A stretch of 64,000 nt of DNA from Candidatus Latescibacterota bacterium (GTDB lineage: Bacteria > Latescibacterota > UBA2968 > UBA8231). The position numbers were made by a program, and so were the translations under genes. Shown piece after piece: positions 48,101-57,884 of this stretch. The stretch spans positions 4,704,001 through 4,768,000 of the forward strand of contig CBDCDC010000002.1 in NCBI GenBank assembly GCA_965215195.1, in the 5' to 3' direction. Each line of letters opens with the position of its first letter. Within the stretch, counting starts at the first letter, position 1. Below the pieces are notes generated by a model. That model saw only the letters and a program-made list of their open reading frames with translations. It was not told where the DNA came from and made no database searches.

Positions 48101-49792
48101 ATGTTGACTCGCCTCTACATCAAGGACTTTGCCCTCATCGAAGAAGCGGCGATCGAATTCGGCCCTAACCTCAATGTCGTCACCGGCGAGACCGGGGCTG
48201 GCAAGTCCATTCTCATCGGTGCCCTCAACTCCATCCTCGGCGGCCCGGTCAACGCCGAGTTGGTGCGCAAAGGGGCTAGCGCGTGCGCGGTAGAGGGCTT
48301 TTTTGAACTCGACGACAAAAACCAAGTCGCGCGCTTGGCCGATCTGGGCGTTCTCTTGGAGGACGGGCAGCTCATCCTCCGCCGCGAGATCCGCGGCCAA
48401 GGCCGCTCGCGGGCCTTTGTCAACGGCCAAGGCCAGCCAATCAAGCAACTAAAGCAAATCGGCGCGATCTTGGTGGATCTGCACGGCCAACACGAACACC
48501 AATCGCTGCTTGACCCCAAGCTCCACGCCCACTTTCTCGACGCGTTTGCCGGCCTTGACGACCAGCGCCGCCTCGTGGGACAGCACTGGCGCACTTACCG
48601 CTATAGCGAGACTCGCCTCGACCGGCTGTACGCAGAGTGCGACGCGCTCGCGGCCGAAGACGCACTGCGCACCTTCCAACTCGAAGAGATCCGCCTCCTC
48701 GCGCCCCGACCGGGCGAAGAGGCCGAGCTGGAGCGCGAGTTGCAAGTCCTCGAAAACGCCGAGACCCTATCCGAGGGCGGCCTCCAGCTCTACGACCTGC
48801 TCTACCAGCGCGAAGGCGCGGTTTGCGAGGCACTCGGCCAAGTTCGTCGTCAGCTCGACCGGCTCCGCGAAATCGACCCTGCGCTCGGCCCCCAAGCCGC
48901 GGCCTTAGAGGAGCTGATCTACGAGGTCGAAGACTTAGCCGGCCAACTCCGCGACTACGCCCGTAAAATTGAGGTGCGCCCCGGGCGGGCCGACGAGCTG
49001 CGCGAGCGCCGCGATGGGCTGCGCATCCTCAAAAAGAAATACGGCGGCACTCTCGACGCCGTCCTAGAACGCGCCCGCGAGCTTGCGGTGCGCGAAGACC
49101 GCGCGGATCGCCTCCGCGACGAGCTGGCCAAAGCGGCTGAACGCCGCGATCGAGCACTCGCCGAATTTGCCGCCTGTTGCCTAGCCCTTTCTGCGGCTCG
49201 CCAGCAGGCCAGCGCAACCTTGTCGCAGTCGCTCATCGCCGCCCTCAGGGAGTTGGGCATGGCCAAGGCCCAGTTCTACATCGAGCTGGCAACCGCCGAG
49301 GACCCGGAGGGAGCGGTTGAGCGCGACGGGCGTCGCTACGCGGCTGGCGAGCACGGCATGGAGCACGTGGCCTTCCACATTTCCGCCAATGCCGGCGAAC
49401 CCCCGCGACCCCTAGCGCGCATTGCCTCGGGCGGGGAAATTTCGCGCGTGATGCTGGCCCTCAAGGAAGCGGTCGCCGGGCGCGACCTCGTTTCGACTTT
49501 GGTCTTCGACGAAATCGACGCTGGTATCTCGGGGCGCATTGCCGCGGCCGTCGGCCGCAAGCTACAGGTCCTCGCCGCGGCGCACCAAATCATCGTCATC
49601 ACCCACCTGCCGCAGATCGCCAGCCTCGCCGACCAGCACTTTTCGGTGCGCAAGCAGCAGGGGCCGCAGCGGACCACCACCGAGGTCGTGCGACTCAACG
49701 CAACGGCCCGCGCCGAAGAAATTGCCTATCTGTTGGCCGGCGAGACCATTTCGGATACAGCGCGCCAACACGCCCGCGAAATGTTGCAATAG
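48101..49792 (+). CDS. recN: DNA repair protein RecN
   Basis: TGETGAGKS, HGQHE, ASGGE.SR, FDEIDAG, ITHLPQIA. Confidence 0.97.
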   Translation: MLTRLYIKDFALIEEAAIEFGPNLNVVTGETGAGKSILIGALNSILGGPVNAELVRKGASACAVEGFFELDDKNQVARLADLGVLLEDGQLILRREIRGQGRSRAFVNGQGQPIKQLKQIGAILVDLHGQHEHQSLLDPKLHAHFLDAFAGLDDQRRLVGQHWRTYRYSETRLDRLYAECDALAAEDALRTFQLEEIRLLAPRPGEEAELERELQVLENAETLSEGGLQLYDLLYQREGAVCEALGQVRRQLDRLREIDPALGPQAAALEELIYEVEDLAGQLRDYARKIEVRPGRADELRERRDGLRILKKKYGGTLDAVLERARELAVREDRADRLRDELAKAAERRDRALAEFAACCLALSAARQQASATLSQSLIAALRELGMAKAQFYIELATAEDPEGAVERDGRRYAAGEHGMEHVAFHISANAGEPPRPLARIASGGEISRVMLALKEAVAGRDLVSTLVFDEIDAGISGRIAAAVGRKLQVLAAAHQIIVITHLPQIASLADQHFSVRKQQGPQRTTTEVVRLNATARAEEIAYLLAGETISDTARQHAREMLQ

Positions 49793-49799
49793 CCCGGCA

Positions 49800-50318
49800 A
49801 TGTTGGCCAATTTTCTCAGCGTTCTGCGGGTTCTGCTCGTCCCCTTCCTACTCCACTTCATCGCCCAAGGGCCGGCGGCCCAGCTCCAAGCCGTGCTCCT
49901 GCTGCTCATTGCCGGTGCCACGGACATCGGCGATGGCTGGGTAGCGCGGCACTACGACCAAGCCTCCCGCCTCGGCAAGATACTCGACCCGCTGGCCGAT
50001 AAAATTTTCCTCGCCTGCCTGCTCGGCGGGCTAGTCCTCTGGCGCGAGCTGCCGCTGTGGCTCTTGGGGATGCTCTTGGTCCGCGACTTGGGAATTGTAC
50101 TGGTGGGGGGGTTGCTCTTGCGTTCACAGGGACTGATTATTGCCGCCAACCGCTGGGGCAAATACACGACCGCCTGCATGGCACTTACGGCCCTCAGCTA
50201 CGTCCTCGAGGCCCCGGCCAGTTTGCGCACGGGATTAGGTATGGCGGCGGCGGCCTTGGTCGTCGTCTCCAGCTTGAGCTACGCGCAGATCGCACTCAGG
50301 CTCTTGCAACGGAATTAA
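49800..50318 (+). CDS. pgsA: CDP-alcohol phosphatidyltransferase (PgsA-like)
   Basis: TDIGDGWVAR...GKILDPLADK. Confidence 0.85.
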   Translation: MLANFLSVLRVLLVPFLLHFIAQGPAAQLQAVLLLLIAGATDIGDGWVARHYDQASRLGKILDPLADKIFLACLLGGLVLWRELPLWLLGMLLVRDLGIVLVGGLLLRSQGLIIAANRWGKYTTACMALTALSYVLEAPASLRTGLGMAAAALVVVSSLSYAQIALRLLQRN

Positions 50319-50547
50319 ACGGAGGCGTGGATCAGTTGGGCTGGATCAAGCACCGCCAGCGCAAATGGGCACGCTCGTCCAAGGCGCGACGCCGCACGTA
50401 GCAATTGATCATCTCCAGCACCTTGAGCCGCAAAGCCAGCTTGTGCAGGTCGATTTTCCCGTCTGATTCTCTGCGCGTCACAGCCGAAAGGATGGGGGAG
50501 TAGTAAGTGGTCCGTGGATTATGCGGAAGGCGACGACGGCAAAACAG

Positions 50548-50913
50548 TTATCCGCTCAGCCATATCTTTTTTGCTTTTTGCTTCAATTGCCGTCGTTTCT
50601 TATATGCAGCGACTGAACAGACAACAAACAGAACAAAAAGCACAACACCACAGAATACTATTGGAAACGACGGGCCAGATTGTGCAATTCCGACGATGAC
50701 GCCTATGACGGCACTGGCAAGAACAGAAGCTAGGAGAGCCCGGAACTCATATTCATCAAGGGTAGCTGAATTTACCAGCTCGACTTCAATAGTCTCGGGC
50801 ACGGAAACCAGTATGTTGAGCCTTTCCGCAAATTTTGAACTGCTAGGAGGCGAGTTAGGATCAGCCTCATCATGCTTTGCATGAGATTCTGTGTCTTTGT
50901 TTGCTTCCTCCAT
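50548..50913 (-). CDS. Small two-TM membrane protein (low-GC islet)
   Basis: ATG overlaps the upstream stop (TAATG). Two hydrophobic helices and a basic tail KKRRQLKQKAKK. Confidence 0.7.
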   Translation of the reverse strand: MEEANKDTESHAKHDEADPNSPPSSSKFAERLNILVSVPETIEVELVNSATLDEYEFRALLASVLASAVIGVIVGIAQSGPSFPIVFCGVVLFVLFVVCSVAAYKKRRQLKQKAKKIWLSG

Positions 50914-51239
50914 TAGGCCGTTCTCTTTTGTATTTTGGGCCAAATATCATTGGGAAGCCAGCCATCGTATTGGCCTCCAACCATTAAGGGACTAATGACG
51001 AAATGTATCTTGGCTTTAGTAGTATAACGCTCGGCTACTTCGATAAGGGCTTCCTTAATCCGTTTCCACTCTTGCGGACCGGATACCCTAACTATGTAAA
51101 AAGTACTGAGGGGACGAACCCAAGAATAGTCGTCTATACACTCTTTTAGCTGAGCGTTGATCTCGCCCCATCCCTCGCTTTCAGGCCTCCACTCCCCGTC
51201 TGCATCTCGAATATCCCACGACAATATAAAGTGCATCAT
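50913..51239 (-). CDS. Small Cas2/VapD-like ferredoxin-fold protein (low-GC islet)
   Basis: HFILSWDI (beta1-Asp), W.RPLSTFYIV, C-terminal GWLP..IW. SD AGGGG. Fold assignment is pattern-based only. Confidence 0.6.
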   Translation of the reverse strand: MMHFILSWDIRDADGEWRPESEGWGEINAQLKECIDDYSWVRPLSTFYIVRVSGPQEWKRIKEALIEVAERYTTKAKIHFVISPLMVGGQYDGWLPNDIWPKIQKRTA

Positions 51240-51266
51240 CTTTCCCCTGTTTTTTGCTGCCGCGCC

Positions 51267-54200
51267 TCACAGCCCAAACCCAAAGTAGAAGCGCCACTTG
51301 TCGATCTCGTCGAGGTTGCCTTCGGAGTCCCTCACGGTCAGGCTGCATTCGGGGTCGGTCGGGTTGCATTCGGACTCTACGTCGCCATTGAACTTGAGCC
51401 ACTTCACCCGCGACGACTCGAGCGGACGCGCCACTTGGAAATAGGCGAACATGGGGATGCGATAAAAGGTAAAAAGCTGTAACCGCAACTCGCCGCCCAC
51501 GTCGGTCAGGAATTGGTCGATGTTGGGCCAAGAGTTCCAACGCTTACCTTTCCAGAAGTCGATGTCCTCAAAGCGCGAAAAGTTGCCCACTGCCCCGGCT
51601 TCGGCGAATAGCTCGGCGTAGAGCTTGGAAAAGTTGAAGTTGATAAAGCGACTGCTGATGCGCTTGAAGATCGGAAACCCGTAGCCGATGCGGGCGTAGA
51701 GCAGCTTGGTGCCCGAGTCGGTGAAATAGGGGTAGCCGCTGAGGAAGTTGCGCCCGCCGATATAGTAGCGCAGGGGCCAGTAGAAGCGGCCCTCAAAGAA
51801 CCCGCCCCCTTCGATAAAGCGCGGCTTGAGGCGGATGTTTTTGTACGCGCCAATTAGCTCAATGTTGAGCGAATTGTTGAACGGCAACTTTATCCGCTCG
51901 TTGTACGCGGCCACGTATTCGTTGACCCGCAGGCGGCGCTCGACGCCGACGAACTGGTCGCGGGGGACTCCATCGGCAGGTGTTTGCTCGGCCAGCGAAT
52001 CGGCCACAGTCGGCATCAGATAGCGATAGACCAAGGCCAAGGAGCGGCCCGACGGGCTGAGCAAGCGGTCGGCCGTGGGATTGATCTTCCGGTAGCGCCA
52101 AGACGCACTCAAAAGGTGCGTGCGAAAAAAGCTGAGGTCGTCGTAGTATCTCAGCGGATCCTCGCTGTCAACCAACAGAGTGTCTTGGCCCAAAAGCGCC
52201 GGGTCTAAACCCAAGGAGTCCGACACATTGACCCCGTCTTGCACCAAATAGATCTGGTTCTTGCTGCGAAAGCGGCGCAACGTCAAGTCCTCGGCGTAGT
52301 TGCGCCATATATAGAGGGCGTTCAACTCGGTGCGCCGGGTCAGCGGCACATCGACGCCCACGGCGAGTTGCCCCAAGACGCTCTTGAGCAAATCTTGGCG
52401 ACTAGTGCCCTGATAGACGTATTGCTGGACGGCCGGGATGAACAAGCTGGTGACCGAATCGACCGGGACCGGATAGAGATCGGCCACCTCGAGCGTATCG
52501 GCTTCGATCTGACTGGCCTTGAGCAGGTTGTCAATCTCGCGCCGCCGGCCCGCTATGTAAAACGAGGGGTTGAAGGTCCGGTTGTTGCCCACCTGTGGCC
52601 GGAGCCGGCGCTCGTAGAAGAAACCGACATCCGTATTGAGATCGGTGGCGTCGCGCATGTTCTTGCCGACAATACCCCAAGCCGTCAGCTCTTGGCCGCC
52701 GAGCATGTCCCCGGTGGTAAACTGCAAGCCGCCGCTGGCTTGATTGAGGCCAAAGGTGTTGCCGACAAACGTGGGGCCAACCTGTAGAATCGGGATGTAG
52801 CGCAAGACGCTGCGCCCCCGGTATGGCGCGACCCGGTACTGGTCGGCGAGCTTGGGGCCGTCGAAGATGGAGCGATAGTCGCGCCTAGCTACCGGCTCGA
52901 AGTGCGCATCGCGCTCGAATTCGCCCATCTCGAAGCGATAGAGACTATAGTCGTTGGAGTAGTAGCCACTGTACACCACGCGCTCGTCAGCGGCTACAGT
53001 CGGCACAAAAGCCCCGCCGATGACGTTGGTTAGCTGCTCGACTTCGCGGTTTTCCAAGCGATAGCGGTAGATGTTAAAAATGCCGCTCTGGTCCGACGAA
53101 AACACAAAACCCGAGCCATCGGGCAGCCAGCATGGATCGCGCTCATCGGCCGGCGAGGCAACGACCGCACGAAACCCCGACGAGTCGGGATGCGCGAAGG
53201 CAACCGTATCGGGAAAGACGTCGATGGTTTCCTCTTCTTCTTCGTCGTCGTCTTTGCTCTTCTCCTTGGCCTTCTCAAAGGTCTTTGGCCGCGGCGGGCT
53301 AGCGGCGCGGATCATCGCAATGTCGCGGTCCTCGCCGCGAAACACGCTGAAGAGCAGCCACTCGCCGTCGGGCGAAAAGCGCGGCGCACTGTATTGGGTG
53401 GCGTCGTTGTTGTTCGTCAGATAGACCAAGTCCGTGCCGTCGCGAGCTACGAGGCCGAGGTTGTTGGTCCCATCCTCATTGTGTACGAAGGCGATGCGCT
53501 GGCCATCGGGGGAAAACGAGGGGTCTTTGGCGCGCAGCCGCGCGCTGATGCGGTGCTCTTCATCCGCAGCTAAATTGTAGATGTAGAGGTCGTTAAAGCC
53601 GCCCTTGTTGCGGACAAAGACGATCTCCTCCCCGTCGGGTGACCAGCCAATTCGCGTATCTATCCAGCCTTTGAGCTCGGTCTTTTTTTGCGTCTCAAAA
53701 TCGTAGATCTTGAGGGCCGTGATCGCGAAATCCCGCTTTTCGCTGGTGAGGTACGCCAGTTTTTTGCCGTCCGGCGACAGCGCGGGATGGTATTCGAGTA
53801 CGCCCTCGTTGACCTCGTCCAGCGGCACACCCTCAAAGAAGCCCCGCCCGCGGATCTCGGATTCGAGGCGGCCGTAGTTCTCGGCCAAGAAGGCGACCCA
53901 ATCCGCGTAAAACTGGTCGGCGGAAATGCCCAACACCCGGCGAATGGCCGGGTCGAAGCTCAGCGACCCAACCTGATGCGTCAGTTCATCGACCTTCTCG
54001 GCGCCGTACTGCTGATGGAGGTACACCATCATTGCGTAGCCCTGATTGTACACGAACTCGCCGTAGAACTTGCCCGTGCGATCCCAGACCGTCCCCATCT
54101 CCTCCCACGAGAGCAGATCGTCTTCTATCACCGCCATCCGCAGCAACATGTCGCGGTGCGAATCCCAAGAGTCATAGCCGAATTTGTGGGCCCCGTACTG

Positions 54201-54707
54201 GGCGATGCCCTCGGTCCAACCGCGCGGGGTGTTGAGATGGTACAGGGGGAACTGAAACGCAATGTCTGGATTGGAGTCGAAGCGCGAAACCGAGAGCAAC
54301 GCGAACTGGAAGGGCCATTTCTTGCGCGCCTTGTTGAGCGTAATGATGTGCGTCAGCTCGTGCGCGACCACGTTTTTGATCCAATCGTGACTGCCGCGCA
54401 ACTCAAAGTCGAGGCTAGTGGCCCAAATGGCCATGGTATTGCTGTAGTAGTTGGCCCAGCCATTGCCCAGCACGTCGGAGTTGTCGAGGACGATGACGTG
54501 GATGGTGCGAAAATCATCGTAGTAGTCGTAGGCTGCCGCCAAGGTAGGGAAGACCTCCTCGCAGGTTTCGGCCACTCGGCGCGCTGTGCCCTCGGCCCCA
54601 AGCGGGAAGTGGACCCGGAAGTGATCTGTGACGATGGTCTGTAGCTGGGCCTGGGCCGCTCCGGCGAGGAACAGCGCGGCAATGGCGGAAAAAGTCGCTC
54701 GGCGCAA
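51267..54707 (-). CDS. Outer-membrane protein: gluzincin-type peptidase, TolB-like PD40 propeller and C-terminal beta-barrel
   Basis: Signal peptide, AHELTH...WTEGIAQY, SPDG repeats, C-terminal FYFGFGL. TTG at 54707 with SD AAAGGG. Confidence 0.82.
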   Translation of the reverse strand: MRRATFSAIAALFLAGAAQAQLQTIVTDHFRVHFPLGAEGTARRVAETCEEVFPTLAAAYDYYDDFRTIHVIVLDNSDVLGNGWANYYSNTMAIWATSLDFELRGSHDWIKNVVAHELTHIITLNKARKKWPFQFALLSVSRFDSNPDIAFQFPLYHLNTPRGWTEGIAQYGAHKFGYDSWDSHRDMLLRMAVIEDDLLSWEEMGTVWDRTGKFYGEFVYNQGYAMMVYLHQQYGAEKVDELTHQVGSLSFDPAIRRVLGISADQFYADWVAFLAENYGRLESEIRGRGFFEGVPLDEVNEGVLEYHPALSPDGKKLAYLTSEKRDFAITALKIYDFETQKKTELKGWIDTRIGWSPDGEEIVFVRNKGGFNDLYIYNLAADEEHRISARLRAKDPSFSPDGQRIAFVHNEDGTNNLGLVARDGTDLVYLTNNNDATQYSAPRFSPDGEWLLFSVFRGEDRDIAMIRAASPPRPKTFEKAKEKSKDDDEEEEETIDVFPDTVAFAHPDSSGFRAVVASPADERDPCWLPDGSGFVFSSDQSGIFNIYRYRLENREVEQLTNVIGGAFVPTVAADERVVYSGYYSNDYSLYRFEMGEFERDAHFEPVARRDYRSIFDGPKLADQYRVAPYRGRSVLRYIPILQVGPTFVGNTFGLNQASGGLQFTTGDMLGGQELTAWGIVGKNMRDATDLNTDVGFFYERRLRPQVGNNRTFNPSFYIAGRRREIDNLLKASQIEADTLEVADLYPVPVDSVTSLFIPAVQQYVYQGTSRQDLLKSVLGQLAVGVDVPLTRRTELNALYIWRNYAEDLTLRRFRSKNQIYLVQDGVNVSDSLGLDPALLGQDTLLVDSEDPLRYYDDLSFFRTHLLSASWRYRKINPTADRLLSPSGRSLALVYRYLMPTVADSLAEQTPADGVPRDQFVGVERRLRVNEYVAAYNERIKLPFNNSLNIELIGAYKNIRLKPRFIEGGGFFEGRFYWPLRYYIGGRNFLSGYPYFTDSGTKLLYARIGYGFPIFKRISSRFINFNFSKLYAELFAEAGAVGNFSRFEDIDFWKGKRWNSWPNIDQFLTDVGGELRLQLFTFYRIPMFAYFQVARPLESSRVKWLKFNGDVESECNPTDPECSLTVRDSEGNLDEIDKWRFYFGFGL

Positions 54708-54865
54708 CGTGTATCCCTTTCGCAAAAAGGCGACCAGCAGCCAATTGCTGGTCGCTCCACAAGTTGTTAGGAAAATACTGGAGGCCGTGCCCCCCGTCAA
54801 ACATCGGCTCTGCACGTGCAATCACGATGGCAGATAGGCCGATCAGGTGCCGCGTAGCTAGGTGC

Positions 54866-56689
54866 TCAGCCAAAAAGAGGAGAACGGTAGGAGGGCTGGT
54901 GGGCAAAGCGCTTCAGTCCAAGGTGCAAGCGGGCCTGGGCCGCTGGTCCCAAATGCACCTCGAGATGCGGGGCTTCTACCTCAATAGACTGATCCTCGCC
55001 ATCTTCATTTTCGAGTTGGGCGCAAGTGAATTGATGCTCGCCAAAGGAGCCAGCTTGCAACAGGACCGGGCGGCCTTCCACCGGGTCCGCATTCACCAGC
55101 GTCAGGCTGACTCCGTCGGCGCTGACCCGATCCACTAGGGCCGCAACGCATTCGGGCAGACCGGGCCGGTGGCGTTGCGGATCGAAATAATGCACATGGG
55201 CTTGCAGCATCCCGCCGTTGTAGATCGCCGCGGGCGTGCCCAAGGCCATCTGGATCAGGGCTTCGGGCAACACCGGGTTGAGCCGCTGGAAGTGATAGCA
55301 CTCGCGCGTCTCGGGATCGCTGTCGTCGCTCTCCAAGCGATTCAGGCTGTGGCAGATGCTGGAGTACGTCGAGTCAATCACCTGATCGACGTAGCCTGCG
55401 TTTTTGCCTTCGATAAAGGCGAACCAAGCCATCGGCGGGCAGATGCCAGCTTTGGCAGCACCCCAGTCGGGAGGCAGACCGGCAAAAGCGGCGCGGTCAG
55501 GGAAAACTTCGTCGAGGCGGGCCAAATCCCGCTCGCTTTGGCTCAAGTAATATAAATGAACGTATAAATAGGGGTCGGGCGGCCGAAAATCAAACCAACC
55601 TTGGTCGCCGTGGCGAGCCGGCACCTTGACGAGGCCGTCCTCCGCGCGCCGCTGTTCCCAGAGCATGTCGAGTTGCGAGCGGGCCAAGTCCAAATGGGAA
55701 TCATCGCCGGTCATGAGCAAGGCGCAACTGCCAGCCACCAAGGCCGGCTCGACGATATTGCGCGCCCCGTGCGGCCAGCGCCAGCCGTAGTATCCGCCCC
55801 ACCACTTGCCGTCCAGCAACTCGCCAATGGTTCCCTGGGGGCCGATATTGTCGGGCATAATGCCGCCGTTGGCCTTGCATCGCTCCTCCCACGCCTGCAA
55901 ATAATCGAGTACCCAGGCTTTGTATTGGTCGTCGCCGGTGTAGAGATAGGCGTTGGTGATCAAGCTGGCGGTGCTCAGGTTGAGGGGCACGTCGCCGCGG
56001 GTCATGCGCTGGTTGATCAAGCCGAGGATCCGGGCGAATACTTCGTCGTCTGTCCAATTGACCTTGAAGAGCGGGTCGGAGTTGTCGGCACCTAAAATAT
56101 CCTCAAAGGGGGCCAAGTAGTGGGCCAAGATGGGTCGGTGGTAATCCCAATCGACCTGCGTGGTGACAAAGCGCGGGCCCTTGCTGCCGTTGAGCGGCGA
56201 GCGGATCATTTTGCGCTGGGCGTCCCAATTGGGTGCCAGCGGGTCGGCCCCGGTGTACATGGCGGCGTAGCGCAGGGCGCGGGTGCGGTTGATGTGGTGG
56301 GCGGGATCGGCGAGGGCCAGATAGTAAATGTAAGTATAGCTCTCGGAGTGGTGGAACCAGTCAAAGCCAGTGACAAACTCGCGCTCGACCGTGCCGTAGT
56401 TGGCGTACTGCCAAGTGATGGCGTCCCACTCTTTGCAGGCGATCTGGTAGATGTGCTCGCCGCCGCCGAGCAGGTAAAACAGGGGGAACGAGAGGAAGGC
56501 CTCATAGCCATTGTCCGTGCCATCCATGCTGGTCCACTCCGTGCGCTGGATCAGGGTGCCGTCCGGGCGGGTGCTGTGCTCGACAAAGGGACGGGCAGCG
56601 CGATCCATCAGGGCGATCAAGTCGCGTTGGCGCACGGCCCAATGAGGCGGGTTTTGGCGAGTCTTAGCGGCAATAGATACGCGGGTCAT
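54866..56689 (-). CDS. Conserved hypothetical enzyme, paralogue of 16040-18064
   Basis: DNGYE, DWFHHSE, NGGIMPDNIGP, WWGGYYGW, QAGSFGEHQF. SD GGAGG. Confidence 0.78.
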   Translation of the reverse strand: MTRVSIAAKTRQNPPHWAVRQRDLIALMDRAARPFVEHSTRPDGTLIQRTEWTSMDGTDNGYEAFLSFPLFYLLGGGEHIYQIACKEWDAITWQYANYGTVEREFVTGFDWFHHSESYTYIYYLALADPAHHINRTRALRYAAMYTGADPLAPNWDAQRKMIRSPLNGSKGPRFVTTQVDWDYHRPILAHYLAPFEDILGADNSDPLFKVNWTDDEVFARILGLINQRMTRGDVPLNLSTASLITNAYLYTGDDQYKAWVLDYLQAWEERCKANGGIMPDNIGPQGTIGELLDGKWWGGYYGWRWPHGARNIVEPALVAGSCALLMTGDDSHLDLARSQLDMLWEQRRAEDGLVKVPARHGDQGWFDFRPPDPYLYVHLYYLSQSERDLARLDEVFPDRAAFAGLPPDWGAAKAGICPPMAWFAFIEGKNAGYVDQVIDSTYSSICHSLNRLESDDSDPETRECYHFQRLNPVLPEALIQMALGTPAAIYNGGMLQAHVHYFDPQRHRPGLPECVAALVDRVSADGVSLTLVNADPVEGRPVLLQAGSFGEHQFTCAQLENEDGEDQSIEVEAPHLEVHLGPAAQARLHLGLKRFAHQPSYRSPLFG

Positions 56690-56731
56690 TTTGGGTTCCT
56701 CCTAGTGTCAGCACCTTGTATGAGAAGCGAA

Positions 56732-57463
56732 TTATTCAGGTCGCAAATCCGTGTACCGCTCTCCCCGTGGCCCTCCTTCTCCGCGCACCAGAAACACTGG
56801 AATTGGATGTTGGTCCATGTCCACCCAGGCCGTATCTGTGCTGCAGTAGCGAATCGTATAACCAGCGCGCCGGCGTCCACTCTCATTGGCCCGGCTGCCG
56901 TGCAGAATATAGGAGTCGTGAATGGATAGACTGCCGGCCTTCATCTCCATCATCACGGCCTGGGCCTCCATCTGGGGAGCGACGCGGACCTTCTTTCTCA
57001 GCATCTCGGTCTCTTCCGCAGGCACGGTTTCCAGCTCCCGGTGGCCCCGGTGCGAGCCGGGTATGATGCGCATGGCGGCATTTTCAGCATCCGCGTCATC
57101 GAGTGCCAACCACACTGTCGCCACATCGGTGCCGTGGACGCTGGGCCAGTAGTTGTTGTCCTGGTGCCAACCCACGCTAGTCCCATCGCCCGGCAGCTTG
57201 ATGAACATGCTCGAATAGACGAGAATCAGGTTGGGACCAAGGACGGCTTCCACCGCGTCGAGCAGGAGCGGATAGCGGCAGACCTCCAGCCAGAACACTT
57301 CCTTGGTGTGCGGCTCGCCGTAGTATTGATCGCGGTCGAGAAAACCCGCGCGGACGCCCATGTCCAGCGAATGCTGCATAGCTTCGACTTCGTCCAGCCC
57401 GAAAATATCGGGAAAAAAGCAATAGCCTTCGGCGGCAAAGCGCCCGGCGTCGGTATTCAGCAC
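56732..57463 (-). CDS. Phytanoyl-CoA dioxygenase (PhyH) family Fe(II)/2OG oxygenase
   Basis: WHQD, WLALDDA, PGSH, LHGS.AN.S..RR. Confidence 0.92.
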   Translation of the reverse strand: MLNTDAGRFAAEGYCFFPDIFGLDEVEAMQHSLDMGVRAGFLDRDQYYGEPHTKEVFWLEVCRYPLLLDAVEAVLGPNLILVYSSMFIKLPGDGTSVGWHQDNNYWPSVHGTDVATVWLALDDADAENAAMRIIPGSHRGHRELETVPAEETEMLRKKVRVAPQMEAQAVMMEMKAGSLSIHDSYILHGSRANESGRRRAGYTIRYCSTDTAWVDMDQHPIPVFLVRGEGGPRGERYTDLRPE

Positions 57464-57666
57464 AATAAACCCCTTTCAGCTTTGCGGATGAGCCCGCGAG
57501 TCTGCGAAGGCCTCTTTCAAATCCCGTAAACCCGGGCAGCGTTCTCCCCCAGCAGTTTGATCTACCTACGGGAATAGGTACGCAATAACGCACCGATTCA
57601 CCAATTTTGCAACGGCGGCGACCGTGGCCTCAGTGCCGAAGGGCCGCCTATTATTTACAGCGAAAG

Positions 57667-57790
57667 CTAAGTACACGACAGTAGGGCCTTACCCTCGGAT
57701 CGAGGGCATCTTGCCCTCGTCGAGGGCGGGACGCCCTCGATCCCGGACTCATCGCCCATCAACGACAAGTTATTGGTGTCGTGTAGTTAG
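57667..57790. mobile_element. 124-bp MITE with 14-bp terminal inverted repeats and a 9-bp target-site duplication
   Basis: TIRs CTAAGTACACGACA and TGTCGTGTAGTTAG (13/14 match). CAGCGAAAG at 57658-57666 and 57791-57799. Internal REP-like palindromes. Confidence 0.85.
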
Positions 57791-57884
57791 CAGCGAAAGT
57801 TAAAGGAGTTGCCGCACAGCGCTTTTTAGCTGTAATTTTCGGCGGTTGCCGGTGCAAACATCAACGGCGCGGCAGTGGGCCACA

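Noticed and set aside
50913-51239. CRISPR-Cas locus
   Set aside because: No repeat-spacer array, cas1 or other cas gene in the window.
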